Below the pieces are notes generated by a model, which did not search any database, was not told the DNA's origin, and saw only the letters and a list, made by a program, of their open reading frames with translations. The position numbers and the translations under genes are program-made. Source: Camelus dromedarius (lineage: Eukaryota). From it: 64,000 nucleotides of DNA. Positions 1 through 13,615 of the stretch are shown in pieces; the stretch's first letter is position 1; each line of letters begins with the position of its first letter. The stretch spans positions 63,428,001 through 63,492,000 of the forward strand of contig NC_087437.1 in the NCBI RefSeq assembly GCF_036321535.1. The letters run 5' to 3'.

Positions 1-659
1 TCTAATGGATATCCAGTTGTTCTTGCCCCATTTGTTGCAAAAACACTTTCTTTGTTGTTTGGTACTGTATTTATCCTCATGAAGAAACCAAGACAGAAGT
101 AGCTAAGTAACTCATTCATAGGTCCTGCAGTAGTGGTCAGATTTAGGATTTGAACCCAGAGCCTATATATTTAACCACTGTGCTCTGTTTCCTTCTATGC
201 TGATGACTCTGTGATTTTGACCTAAGTGCCAGGAAGCTTGGTGTAAAGCATTGGCAAAAAAGTCAAGAAGGGAAGAAAGTTTCATTTGAGGTTGAGTTGG
301 GGAGCCCGTGGGATACCTGAGTGGGTAACTTGGGAAGCGGATAGAGAAAAGGAGGGAAGGACAAGTAGGGAGCAGGGAGGGAAGCAAGAGAAAAGGGAGG
401 CAAGAGGTACTGAAGGCGGACATTGTTAACCCCAACCTGAACCTCACCTTTTCTGTTTAGCATCGGGGGATTGGTACCTGTCACATCAACCCAGGTCTAG
501 AAGAGCCCGTGAAATAGACAAGATCCAAATAGTCTAGCTCTTTTGAATCTAGGTGGTGAGGGTGGCATGAACAAGCGTCATAAAGCTAGAGAAGAGAAAT
601 AGATGAAGAAGGGCAGAGAGAGTCAGCAGGCATCATGATCACAGGGCTGACTCTCAGAC

Positions 660-860
660 AAACCTGGTTTCAGGCCTTAATCCCAGCCCTGCTGCAGCTC
701 ACTAACCATGGGAGCTCAAGCAAGTTCCTTTGGTTCTGTGTCTCATTTTCCTCATCTGTAAAATGAGAATAACATCAACCTCCCCGAATTAAATTAGACA
801 ATGGGTTTAAGGCACTTAGTACTGAATCTAACACATTCTCAACATTCAGTAAATGGCATG
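660..860 (+). repeat. MIR SINE
   Basis: Core CTCATTTTCCTCATCTGTAAAATGAG. Confidence 0.75.
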
Positions 861-1394
861 TTAGTAATTTTTATGAAGATTCAGTATTTTAAGAATGTGA
901 TTAGTACCTGGAGTGTAGAAGACCCTCAGGGAAGCTTGCTGAATGAATGAATGACCTCCAGAGACCTAGAATTCTCCAACTTTAATTGCGCAACTTGGCA
1001 GTTTGAGAACACATGGCCAGGAAGTCAGAGTAAGAAGCTAGGACTGTAAACTGGAGCTGGTCTCGAAATATTGAGGGTGGCACAGGAGGCAATCCAGATG
1101 GCTGGTGCTGAGCCAACAGGGCCTTAAAGACTTCCTGGGGAAAGATGCAGACTGCTGGCCCTGATACTGCACAGGGTCTCCACAGGAGCTTTGCAGCAGG
1201 GAGGGAGGGGGCTCCTGCTGAGAGCACCAGAGCACTCCCAGACCGTGAGTACGAGAGCACTCTGCCTGCCGGAGGGATAGCACTTGCTATGTGTTGTTGT
1301 CCAGTGGATCACAGAAACCCATCTCTGTCACTGGTTTTGATGACTGTCCTGCAAGATTGGCTGCACTTCTAGAAAAGCCCATTTACATGGCATT

Positions 1395-1505
1395 TGTGTT
1401 GGAGTGTGTGCTTAGTATGCAAGAGGTTCTGGGTTCGATTATCAGTACTGTTAAAAATAAATAAATACATATAAACCTACTTCCTCCCCCCCAAAAATTA
1501 AAAAG
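1395..1505 (+). mobile_element. Vic-1-like tRNA-derived SINE, 5'-truncated
   Basis: GAGTGTGTGCTTAGTATGCAAGAGGTTCTGGGTTCGAT followed by an A-rich tail; similar to the other three copies in the window. Confidence 0.75.
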
Positions 1506-1879
1506 TAAATTTTAATGTCTTTTGTGTGATTAATTTTGAGTCCAGTTCACACCACAGGTGAACAGCAAGCGGAGTCAATCAGGTTATTTGTTGAGGGCTT
1601 ACTGGGCACCAGACTCTGTGCTTGGTAAGGACACCATCCTGCCCTCCAGGAGCCAACGATCTAGTTCGGGAGATGACACACGCACAGAGAGGTACGAGGG
1701 AAGTGCTAGATGTAAATGGCCAGAGGACAGCTTGGGGAGAGCACATGAATAAATGCCTCCTACACTGGTTGTCAAGCCAAAGATAGACATTCAAGCCCTT
1801 CCACCTTCCCCCCAACCCACCACTTCTCCCTTCCCAGGGTATAACTGACATTTGAGTGTTTCCTTGGAGGACGGCACTT

Positions 1880-2080
1880 TACACGGATTAACTCCTTTGC
1901 CCCTTCTGATGACCCTGTGTGGTGAGCTCTGTTAGTGTCCCTGTATTTCAGATGAGAAAATAGAAGGACAGAGATGCTGGGAGACATAGGCTCGGTCACT
2001 AGCTGGAAGTGATGGTGCTGTGTTGTGAACCCAGTAGGGTTGCCCCAGAGCCTACTTGTCATGCCCACGAGGCCCAGCTC
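1880..2080 (-). repeat. MIR SINE
   Basis: TTTCAGATGAGAAAA and GAACCCAG motifs. Confidence 0.6.
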
Positions 2081-3027
2081 ACTGTATTGTATGACTCTCC
2101 TCTTTCAGACACAGAGCAAGAAGGATTATTGACATCTCTTTCATGATCTTAACATATAAACACAGCGTTCAACCAGTTTTTAACCAAAGGCAGCCTCCCG
2201 TACATGTTGCCCTGGCACTAGTTCAGCTAAAATATTCTTTATTTCAGAAGTGGAGGCAGCAAGACTGAACCACTGTGTTTATTGACCAATTTCAACTGTC
2301 TCAGGGCACAGCTTTGAGGATTGGAGCATGCTGTGAGTGAATATTTTAACAATCCATGGCAAGATGACAGCATCTTGGGCTCAGACACAAGAATTAGTCT
2401 CAGACAGGACTTTTTTCAGTGCCATAACTTTAACCAGCTGGAATTTTTTTCCATCCTTTTCAACCTCCTGAAGTCAAGAATTTTGCCTTTTATTGGGAAA
2501 TCTGCATTTCATTGTATAGATAGAACACTATGTCCTTGGCTTAGTGGGTCTCCCCACTGAAGAGAAGCTGGAACTTTATTTTATTGCAGGCGCTGGGTGT
2601 CCTAAGGGCTCAAATACCAGCAAGTCTGTTTCAAGCATGAGAGGTCAGAGACACAGCAGTGTTCTGATCAAAGAATGTGAGAGGCAAACTGTCCATCCCA
2701 GGACAGCCCAAGCCTTGTACATGAGGGCGTGGGGAAGAGAAGAGACGGGGGCTGCCGCTGACCAGTGTGGCTTCCCCAAGCTGGGGGAGTGTGTGGGGGG
2801 CATGCTGCTGCCACACCCTCTGAGATGGGCCTGTGGAGCTGGGAGAAGCATATTTGAATCAACATACTGGAAGTCATCCTCTAAATCACAGTAGTCCTCT
2901 TCGGAGGGTATGTATCGTCATCTCTTATTTTGGTGATGCCACATTGCTCTAAATGTTTTTGGAATTTTAGTTTAAGAATAGTGTTTCAGGTTTAGAACAG
3001 TTCCTTTTTCCTTCTGAGAGAGAGGGG

Positions 3028-3046
3028 GGTGTGTGTGTGTGTGTGT
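3028..3046. repeat. (GT)n microsatellite
   Basis: Direct GT dinucleotide run. Confidence 0.85.
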
Positions 3047-3059
3047 TTTAGCTGCATCT

Positions 3060-3400
3060 GAAAATTTTGAAAACTCCATTCCTTAATAATCTATTTCTGT
3101 ATATGGATTTATTATTTCTTCTACCTGCAAGAAATTACTGGTAACAGTTTGATTTCCCACACCTTTCCAAATCATGATGGTACCCGTTATTTAAACTTTT
3201 GTCAATCTAGTGGGTAATAAATGCTATCTCATTGTTAATTTAATTTTTACTTACCTCTGGTAAGATTAGGCATGTCGCCATGTTTTTTTGGCTGTTTGTA
3301 GATTATCTCTTCTTGTCCTTGGCTCATTTTTCTATTAAATTATTTGTCTTTTTCTTCTTGAGTTATAGAAGCTCTTTATATGATAGTGATATTTGGACAG
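3060..3400 (-). mobile_element. Old L1 fragment, antisense
   Basis: TTTGTCAATCTAGTGGGT..ATCTCATTGTT motif. Confidence 0.55.
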
Positions 3401-3999
3401 CCTTTTTAATATCATGTGTTATGACACAGCTTCATTGATTAGAATTTTGGAAATGGCTGGCAGTTGGCATGATTGAGTCAGGCTGAATCATATGTGAATT
3501 TAGTTACGTAATTTAAGTAATACATACAATTGGCACAAATGGTTTTGGCACAAGGCAGCTGACTCTTGCCTACAGCTTACCTGGAAGGAGCAGGAGGGGC
3601 AGGTGGGCTAAAGAACTCGAGAGTAACCTAGTAGCCCAGAGCATTCAGCCTGCAGTGGCATCCGTCAGTACCTTGCACAGAGGGAGTGGAGGGTGTTGCC
3701 TAAAACGGTCATTCTGGTAGGTGGAGTTTACTTAAAAGGGCTTCTGCTTCAGCTAACATTTATTGGCTGGCTGCTGTGAGTCAGATGTGCTGTGGGCCAG
3801 GAATTCTTCTGTCCCCTCCAACTGAGCAGGCATCCCTTAGAAGACAATGTGTGGAAAGGTTACAGAGCATCCCCCTTTCACCAGTCAAAATGTGATGTTG
3901 ACCTAGCACAACCCAACCCCACCATCCCCATAACTAATATATACACATACCGATTTTATATCCATCTTTTCTGATTTTTATTATGAGGCTCTTTCTACA

Positions 4000-4190
4000 G
4001 TAGTTTGGAGTACAGCCTCTGCATCTAACTGCTTGTTTTCAAATCCTAGCTGTGTGATTTTGTGTAAATTATAAAACCTCTCTTTCCCTCGGTTTTCCCA
4101 TCTACAGAATGGAGATGATAGCACTACACCTCATAGGATGTCGTAGGGCTCAAATGAAGTTATGCACACAGAGCACTTAGCACATTTGGT
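4000..4190 (+). repeat. MIR SINE
   Basis: CCTCGGTTTTCCCATCTACAGAATGGAGATGATA. Confidence 0.7.
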
Positions 4191-4829
4191 TTCAGGATGG
4201 AGTGGGGAAAAGCATTTTGGTGAACCAAGGCCCGTGGCTCTCCCACGCTGTCCAGGGAATTACTAAAGAGGCTGAAGGAGTGGGTGAAGGCTTAGAGGCT
4301 GTCCGTATTTCTGGGGAAGCAGCTCCAGTTTTTCTTTCCCTAGTACTTTGAGGCCTCTCCTCCTCTGGAGACCTCTCAGTTCTTCCAAGTCCCACTGCAT
4401 TTTTATACCTATTATATACCATCTTCAGGGCCATGGCCAGTACCACGGGATCTGAGCACCACTGCAAGCGATAAAAATAAGCTTAACAAACAGACAAATC
4501 TTCAGAGCATCCACAGCAGCAGTAGGAAAACTACCAAGACTCAGGGCACTGACTGAGCAGGGCCCAGAATCCAATACCAGTAGGGACTCAGTTCTTATTG
4601 CCTCTATCTGTAACAAGAGTTGCCGGACTCCGGGCCCCAGGAGCACCAATGGCAGAATTGAGGTGGAAGGGGAAAATGAATATATACTGGCCAGGTGACA
4701 GCCCCAGAGTAGGCTGTTTTAGGCTGGCCTTGCCTCACTGTTGAAAACTTAAGGCTATAGCTCTTAACACACAATTTTTTTTATAGGGGGAAGAAAAAAA
4801 AAAGAACAGGTGTCCTCAGATTGCAATAA

Positions 4830-5050
4830 CGAAAACATTATGGTTTTTGGAGTCATACCCAAATTCAAGCTCCAGCCTGTATGACTTTGAGAAATCACTG
4901 AACCTTCTGTAAGCCTGTTTTCTCTTTTGAAAAATGAGGATAGCATTGCCTACTTCGAATGACTAGGTTTTATGAAGATTAAATGGGTATGTAAAATACA
5001 TTGTCATGCATATAATAGGTCCCCATTAAATAGGAGCTGTTATTATCAGT
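4830..5050 (+). repeat. MIR SINE
   Basis: Decayed core (CACTGAACCTTCTG..AAAATGAGGATA). Confidence 0.6.
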
Positions 5051-7138
5051 AAATGCTCAATAAATATTTGAATGGCTAGTGTAGCTAAATGAAAAACTGG
5101 CTGTGTTAGGGTAGACTTGGCAAGAAGCAAAACCAAAAGTAAGCACACATACACAGTAAAACCCTGGAAGTTAGTGCCAAAATTGATGTGCCTCATCTCA
5201 TCCCACCTGGTACCCTTATGAGGCCAATTCTGGGAAGATCCCAGTGGATAAACAGATGAGAAAGTCATAGCGGTATGTTATAAGGGAATGCCAAATTTGA
5301 ATTATTCTATTTGAAAGTGAAACCTCCCTATATGCCCACAGGCAGGGAAGAAGTCCCTTTCTAGGTCAAAGGGGAGGGAAAGCTACTTGTGTTTTCTCCA
5401 TTTATTGATTCCAGACTGAGTTATGTCCCTTTATTTGGACAACATCACAGACACTGAAGACTCAGGTGCCCATGTTCCAGTGTAGCAAGTTCTATTCTGA
5501 AAAGAATGGCCTTGTGGTTTTGAGATACGCCACATCACAGCATTTACTCTGTCCTCTTTCCATCCGATTCTCTCTCCCTGAAGTTTTTACCCTTGATTGA
5601 ATGGGAAAGATTATATTAGTCTCTCAAGTTCTTGCCACAGTCCTCTGTTCCAGTTGGTTTGATCAGTGCATAACTTAGATATAAAAGGAGAAGTTCCCAA
5701 ATCTCCAGGGTGAGTGGTGGCAGAGAGCAGTGGGTATCTTTGCCTTCCTCACCATACTTGCACAACTTTTGGACAGAGAGGCTTTAGCGAGGTAAAAATA
5801 TTGTCTGGCTCCAGAGAGAAGTGATTGGCATTCACGTATCATCCCCTCGTCGTTTTTTTAAGTTTCATTTTAGGGGCGCATGCCACTTTGGGAAGGAGGA
5901 CCAGATTGCTAATTTACATTTTGTTTACATTTTGAAAACTGCTTCTGCTCCAGACTCACATCTGTGATGGACAAAAGGAGAGAGAAAGCAAAAAAAATGG
6001 ACATAACTAGCCTCAGATGTGAAGTAACCATCTCTGTGGATCATAAAAGAAGAGAATTGCAAAAAAGTGATCAGGGGCTGAAACTTCTTGTGCTGTGGGT
6101 TGGATGGAGGCAGTGGCTGTGAAGAGTTTGGCTCCTATGAAGTAAGAGACCAAAAGTGCTCTGTAGGCGTTGAGAAACCAGAGTGAGGTTTGAAACCAAG
6201 GCTGAAGAAGAGCCACTGAGTCATGAAAGAAGCCTGGGTATGTAAGAGGGGAGGAGGAGTGTCAGCCTGCGGATTGAGACTGGGACAGAAGTTGTGGGCC
6301 GAGGAAAGCAAGGACAAGCACATAGCCTCGCTCCCAGGAACTGAGCTCTGCTGCCTGCTGGTTCTGTGACCACGGCTGCCGTTTCCTGTGGGGCTGTAAC
6401 ACCCAACCTGCTTCTGCATTGGAGGCCTGGAAGGTCAAGGAGAAACAGGGTGAGAGAGAGAGGAACAAAATAACAAAAGTAAGAACAGACTCAAAAGGAA
6501 CTTGCAACTCCAAAATTGAAAATAAATCAAGAAATACATGTAGCAGAATCAACTGTAAGGATAGGAAATTATCCCAAGTGAAATTAATTTATAGAATAGT
6601 TTGAAAAAGACTTTATAATAAGTAGGTAGAGGATGTGCCCCCACCCTGAAAAAAAGGCATAACTTTCATTATAAAAAAAGGAATTGTGAAAAAGAAGCAT
6701 ACATAAAATAAGATCAGACACGTATATATAAAAAATGTGAAATGAAAAATGTAGTTACTGAAATAAAGATACAATAGATAGAGTACACTGATTCCTAGAT
6801 ATCATTGAAGTGTGAGTTAAGAGATTAGAAAATAGTGCAAAGGAACTTTCCCTGGCTGTAGTGCAGCAATATAAAAGTTGTAAGGAAAAAAAATAGTTTA
6901 GAGGTATGAAAGGTGAATTGACAGGCTTCAACATTCTTTAATAAAAGTTACAGAGTGAACAGAGGGAATGAAAGAGAAGTGATATTTAAATAAATGGCTA
7001 ATAATTTTCCAGAGTTGAGTAACAATGTGAATTCCTAATTCAAAAGTATCTCCTAATACTATGAATTTAAATAAAAATTGATCCACAGTTACACATACTG
7101 TAATGAAAATGCATAATCAAGGCAGGGGAAAAGACCAA

Positions 7139-7508
7139 TGTATGAATCTGCTTGGGCTGCCATAACAGTACCATAGACTGGGTGGTTTGAACAAGAGACG
7201 TTTGTTTCTCAGTTTTGGAGGCTGGGAAGTCCAAGTTCAAAACTGATTTGGTTCTGGTGAAAGCTCTCTTCCCAGCTGGGAGATGGCTGCCTCCTCACTG
7301 TGTGCTCATCTGGTAGGGAAAGAGAGTGTGCGAGCTCGCTCCTGTCTCTTCTTCCAAGGACACTGATCCTATCTGATCGGGGCTCTACTCATGACTTCAT
7401 TCAATTCTAATCACCTCTATAAAGGCCCAGTCTCCAAACACAGTCACATTGGGATTTGAGGCTTCAACCTGTGAATTTTGGGAGGACATAAACATTCAAT
7501 CCATAACA
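7139..7508 (-). mobile_element. MaLR solo LTR (MLT1A/A0-like)
   Basis: TG...CA ends, 370 bp long, perfect 5-bp TSD ACCAA (7134-7138 and 7509-7513), typical MLT1 sequence. Confidence 0.9.
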
Positions 7509-7991
7509 ACCAACTAAAAATCAGAGTGAAAAATATGTCACGTATAAATAAATGGCAGACTGATAGATGTTTCAGCATAAGCAAAAGAAAATAGACGAGC
7601 AACTTCTAAGTGTTGGACACAGAATACTACCTAGACAAACTGTCCTACAAGAATGAGAGAAAAATAAAGACCAAGAGTATAAACTCAGACTCTCACTGAA
7701 AGAATTACTTAAAAATATACTTTAGAAAGAAAAAAATTGAACAACGAGAAAAGATGCACAATATAAGAAACAACAGTGAACATGGTAATTGACAAAATAT
7801 ATTTATATTCATTTAACTGTTAACAATGCAAAAAATTCCTAAGTGTGTGTGTGGTTTAAAAATAGAATTAAAATGAAAACTAGACATCACTAGCAATATG
7901 GGGCAGGCTGTTGGGGGGCAGGGGATATGTTAAAGCCATGTTCAGTGTCAGGAAGATGATAATTATAGATTTTGTAAGAAAAAATTATAAT

Positions 7992-9965
7992 TGTATCAGT
8001 TGAGTTTTGCTGCATAACAAACCACTGCAAAACGTAATGGCTTCAAAGAAACACCATCTGATGTAGCTCTAGAATCTTTGGGGTAGCTGAGCAGTTTTTA
8101 AAATCTGGGCCAGTTCAGCTGATCTTGACTGTCACATACTTCTGTGATGGGCTGGTGGCTGGCCAGAGGATCTGGAATAACTTTACTCGTCTCTAGAAGT
8201 TGACTGCCTGCCTGCTGGGATGCCTTAGTCCTCTTCCAAATAGCCTCTCATCTTCCAGATTGTCTGCTGAGGCTGTTCACATTGTAGCGCAGGTTTCCAA
8301 ATGCAGCCAGAGAGCGAGCCTCCATGTGTAAACAGCACTTTTTAAGCTTCTGCTTGTATAACATTCACTAATGTCCTGTTAGGCACAATAAGTCACGTGG
8401 CCACGCCCAGCTTCAAGGGATGGAGAAATAGACTCTCCCTTTTCCTCCCTGGTAGGAGGAAAAGAATTTATGGCTGCTTTTAGAATCTACCACAGTCTGC
8501 TCCTTGGTCACAGATTATTCACATTTCTCCCACATGCAGAGTTTGCTAATCCTCATTTTAGGCTTTCTGTCTCATCCTACTTATGATCTTACCATATCAG
8601 GATGGATATGGCTCCTTGAGTAAGGCTCCTCTTGATTCAGAGATTTGTGAATTAAAAATGACGTCACCTGCTCCCTACACACTTGATATACAATGGTGAG
8701 ACAGAGGCAGGTTAACAGAATAGATGTTTCCATGCAAAAGCAGGAGGATCAGGAGACATGTAGCAATCACTGGTCTAAAATTCCCGCTGGGCAAATGTTG
8801 CCTGGTTGCCCTACTCCAGGGCAAAGAATAGCCCTTAATTAGGGCTCAGTTCTGCTTCTTGGGAGTGTCCTCCCAGTCCAAGGCTCTTGACTCCATTCTC
8901 TAGTCCTTTGGTTCCCCACCTTGAGAAACTGTCCCTTTATTTCCATAAGAAATAGCCATGTTAACAGTTTAATAGCTGTCTCATCTGGGATCCTGCCCAT
9001 AAGTAGTTGAGAGCCTAGGGACCTCTTTTTAATTTCACTGATCTTAGTCCCTCTAGTTCAAGCAGATGGTGCTTTTGCTGGCATGTTTTTTGTTTTGTTT
9101 TTGTTTGTTTGTTGTTAACATTTTGGGTTTTTTGTGTAACATTATAGTCTACTTCATTCACCAAAAGCTATACCCACAATTATTTTTTCTCTAAATTTAT
9201 TCACTGTGATTGGGATTAGGCTTCTGTCATGCCTTTTTGTCTAGCTGAGAAAGTACACTAGGCACTTTCTTAAATCCTTCAGAGGCTTTAACAAATAGTC
9301 ATACCCTTGATTTTCTCTTTGTCCCAAGGTCTCCTTTTACTTTGAGAATCTTTCACTTGAAGACTGTTCAAATATGGGGAGACAGAGATGAGAGAGAGTT
9401 TTATTTCCCAACACAGCAGGTCCCAGGCCCTCTGTATTCCATCTAAATTCTGGCTGCAAACCAAACATTTCCTTCTTTAGTGCATCTCTGTCTTGCCATA
9501 CTTTATCACATGCAGTTAAGAGCACCCAATGGCACTTTCCAGTTTCTCTCTGGAGATCTTCTTAGCTATAACTGAAAGTTCATTAGGTTCATTTTTCCTC
9601 TCAAGTTACTGCAAGCTTAGGTTTTACCAGTTGTTCTGTCTCTACATAGTATGAGTCATTGTTTTCCAAATTGGTTATAGCCAGGTTTTTTTGTTTTTTG
9701 TTTTTGTTTTTCCCATTTGAGCCTTTGCAAGCTGTTTCCTTACTGATTTTCTCGTCACTCTCCTATTCCAAAACCAATGCCACATGTTTTAGGGTTTTGT
9801 TATGTCAGTACCCAACTCTTGAAACCAACTTCTGTATTAGTTAGCTTGTGCTGCATAACAAACCACTCCAAAATTTAGGAACCTAAACCATGGCCATTTT
9901 CATTAATACCACTACTTTTGGGGTTGGTTAGGTGGTGTTTCTAATCTGGGCCAGCACAATTGATT
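7992..9965 (-). mobile_element. MaLR (MLT1 H/I/J-like) LTR-internal-partial LTR provirus remnant
   Basis: An LTR at 7992-8494 and a second copy from 9833 both begin TGTAT.AGTT...GCTGCATAACAAACCACT.CAAAA. Between them lie ~1.3 kb of MaLR-internal-like sequence. Confidence 0.8.
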
Positions 9966-10069
9966 TTTAAGTTTAGTCAAGAAGGCTTTTCTTACAGGAA
10001 AGTTTATGACCTTAAATGCGTTTATTAAACATTTAAAATATGAAAAATAAGTTGAATATTGTATTATTT

Positions 10070-11370
10070 TATATGACATTTGGCTGGATATAAAAGAGAA
10101 TCTAAATGGTCATGGGTTAAATGACCTAGAGGTTTAACATTTGTCACGTAACAAGAAGTTTGTGTTGTCAAACTCAAGTTTATATGCCAACATACCCTGA
10201 GGCCAAACAAACTTAAACGTCCGAGTTTGGAGCAGAGAAAAGTTTATTGATTGAGAGGGCACCGACCAAGAAGATGGGAAATGTAGGTTTGTCTCAGATC
10301 TATCTTCCTGGCTGACTGGGGTGTAGGTTTTTAAAGGCAACATTTGGGCTAAGGGTTGCAGGGAGCGTGACTTTCTTCTGATTGGTTGGTGGTGAGGTAA
10401 CAGAGTGGTGTTTCAGGTATCTTAATCATTAGCCTTCTGGTTCCAGCCAGCCTGGGCTCTACGTGCTTGTGGTCAACGTGTAGTTACCATTCTCCACCTG
10501 GGTGGGGATCTTAGTTCCTGTAGAACAACTCAAAGATATGTGTCAGATTATTATGTATATCCCTTGAGGAGGAACCAGGACTCTACTTTTTTTAACTGAA
10601 CTATAGTTTCTTGACTGCTTCTCCTTTGTTTCTGCATTCCCTCAAGTCCCTAATCAGCAACTGTTTGAATTCTGCTCTTTAGAACTCAGGGAAGTCCTAG
10701 GAGACCAAGGCTGTTTTCTACAAACAAAAAATGGGGGACACAGCAAGGCTTTTGTACCCTGGAGGGCCTGCTCAGTTTCAACTCCCCCTTTTCTTTGATA
10801 CTTCTCAATCCTGAGGGAAACAGGTGTGAGACAAAAAGGGAAATAAATTTTTGGACAGGGAGCTTAATCATGAACACGGCAGAGGAACTTGATTTTAGGG
10901 GGACTCAGTTTCACTTGGAGGTAGACAGTCCAAAGCAGATGTGGAGGTTCCACGATGGTATCATGGCCCCAGGCCCTCCTGACTTTTGATTCATCTAAAC
11001 TTCATTTTCATAGTCATGCTTGCTGCCACATGATTGTAAGATGGCTGCTTTACTTCCAGTTTTGTATCCACACTCCAGACAAGATGGGGGAAAAAGGGAT
11101 AGTTATAAAAGAGACATGTACCAGCTGAGTCAGCCATCTTTAATCAAAGAGCTTTCTGGGAAGCCCTACCCAGTAACTTCTACTTATACGTCATTGGTAA
11201 GAATTGTGTCATACGGCATTTCCTATCTATAAGGGAGTCTGAAAAATATAATTTGTTTATTTATTTATTTTTTTGCTTGGCATATTGCTTTCCCAAACTA
11301 AACAGGGGCTATGTTAATAAGGAACAAAGGGAGAATAAATATTGTGTAGGCAACTATTATATTTCTATAC
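10070..11370 (-). mobile_element. Old MaLR LTR (MLT1K/L-like) split by an ERV LTR
   Basis: ...ACAAGAAGTTTG resumes as TTGGAGGTAGACAGTCC after the insert. CAAGATGGCTGC-like and GTAGGCAAC motifs are present. Confidence 0.6.
10163..10913 (-). mobile_element. ERV1-class LTR
   Basis: TG...CA ends. TTTATT (minus-strand AATAAA) near 10243. Approximate 4-bp TSD TTTG/CTTG. Confidence 0.75.
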
Positions 11371-13344
11371 ATGTCCATCTCAAGAAGCTAGATGAGGAAC
11401 AAAATAAGCCCTTAGACAAGTAGAAGTAAGGAAACAAAGATAGGGGGATAAACAAAATGAAATAAAAAGCAATTTGGAGAATCAAAAAAAGTTATAAAAT
11501 AGATAAATCCTTAGTTAAGTTTTTTTTTTCAAAAAAAGAGCCACAAATAATATTTTGAAAGAAGGGGAACTATAACTACATATTTGTAATAGATAATACA
11601 TTTCATAAGATCATATTCTGAAGAATTTTATGCTAAAATTTGGATTGGGAGAAGACATAGTTTTCTAGGTAAATATAATTTGCCAAAACTATGTCAAAAA
11701 TATAGAAAATTCCAGTAAAGCAGCACAATCACTGAAGAACCTAAACTGATGACCAAGACTTCCTCTCCCCAGGATATCAGGCTTAGGTGGTTTATATATG
11801 TACTGTATCCAACTTCCAAGAAATAGATAAAATAATGGTAATAAACTGTTCAAGAGAATATAAAATTAAGAAAAGTTACTTACTTTTACAATGATAATAT
11901 AACCCAAATACCTAAACTAAAAAAGAAGAATACAAGAAAGGAAAATTACAGACCAATCCAATTTATAAACATAGATGCTAATGAAATATTTACAAATCTA
12001 TTTCAAATATTTACATTCTAAGTAGAATTTATGTAAGACATTAAGAATGATCCAACATCAGAAAATATGTTAAGGTAATAAAACACATTAACAGGTTAAT
12101 AACACCAGTAATCTATAAGATACAGAAAAAGAAGTTGTCAGAATTTAGTGCTTATACATGATTGAATAGACTTTTCAGGAAACTTAGAAGGCAATTTTTT
12201 TAACTTGATAAAGAGCATCTATCAAAATATCACAGCAAAAACTATCGTTAACAATAAGACTCTAGGCTCCTTTTCAGTAAAGTATGAAAAAGATGAAGAT
12301 GTCTTTTCTCACCATTTATATTCAGCATTATACAGGTGATGCTAGACAATGCAATAAGAAAAATGATATGAATGTTGGAAAGAAAGATGATATGTCCTTA
12401 TTTGCATACAGTATGATTTTCTTGAGGTTTTTAACTGGAAAATATATAGTAAGAGCTTGCCAATTTCCCTAGACACAAAATCTCATAAAAATCTTACTGA
12501 TAAGTAATAACCAATTAGAAAAATTCATAGATAAAGGATCTCATTTTCAATAGTAATAAAAGCCTCAAGATAGGCATACTCCTGGCCAAAAAATGTACAA
12601 GAATATTTTTAGAGAAACTGCAATATTGAAAAGAAAAAAAGAGCCTTAATAAATGGAGAAAAAGGCTGTGTTCATGAACTGGAAGATTTTTATAAAGATG
12701 CCAATTCTTTCCAAATTAATTTATAAAATAAATGCATTTCCAAGTATGAATAGGATGTGGAGCAATAGACTCATTCACTTCTGAAAGGAGTTTAGATCAA
12801 TACAACAGCTTTAAAAATCAATTTGGTTACATCTTTAAACCCAGAAATTCTAGTCCTAGATGGAGAATCTTACGTACATCAGCAAACATACATTAAAATG
12901 TTTACTGCAGCAAAAAAATAGGAAACTATCTAAATATCCATCAATAGGAGAATGATGTTGGTGTATCACTATTTCATAGAATGAAATACTATACATAAAG
13001 TGTACAGAAGTGAAAAAATTATCTCTGTACTTCTTAATGGATGGCAAAAACAGTGTTGAATGAAAGAAGCAAGTTACGGAAGGATATGAAAAGAATAATA
13101 TTTATATAAATTTTAAAACCTGGAAAACAATATTACATAGTGCTTATACTTACATTGTCTTTTTAGGAACCCATGTGAACATGCCTGGGAATGATAAGCA
13201 ATGACTTTGTGATGGTGGTTATCTCCAGGGAGAAAGGAAAGGGTTTGAAAATGGGAAGAGAGGGCTCACAAAGAGCTTCAAATGTATCTGATGTTCTTTT
13301 TATTAAAGATCTGTTTTTCTCTATGTTGGAAATCTTTCACCATT

Positions 13345-13615
13345 TAAAAGATGTTTTATCCTAAATGCAATGAGCTATCTTGTATTGGATCCAGGAACAG
13401 AAAAATGACATTAGTGGAAAAACTGGTGAAATCCAAATAAAGTCTGGAATTTAGTAAATAGTAATGTACCAATATGGGTTTTGTAGTTCTGACAAATGTA
13501 CCATGGTAGTGTAAGATATTAACATTAAGGGAAATTGGTTAAAGGAACTCTCTGCATCATCTTAGCAGCTTTTCTAAAAATCTAAAATTATTCCCAAATG
13601 GAATGTTTATTTTAA
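13345..13615 (+). mobile_element. Old L1 3' end (L1MC/MD-like)
   Basis: GGATCC.GGAACAGAAAAA.GACATTAGTGGAAAAACTGGTGAAATCCAAATAAAGTCTG motif. Confidence 0.75.

Larger units (their letters stand above)
6600..13290 (+). mobile_element. Ancient, heavily decayed L1 (L1M-type), interrupted by several LTR elements
   Basis: A-rich sense strand with collinear ORF1-like (6600-7750) and ORF2/3'-like (11380-13290) remnants, e.g. GAAAATTACAGACCAATCC..ATAAACATAGATGC. Confidence 0.7.
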
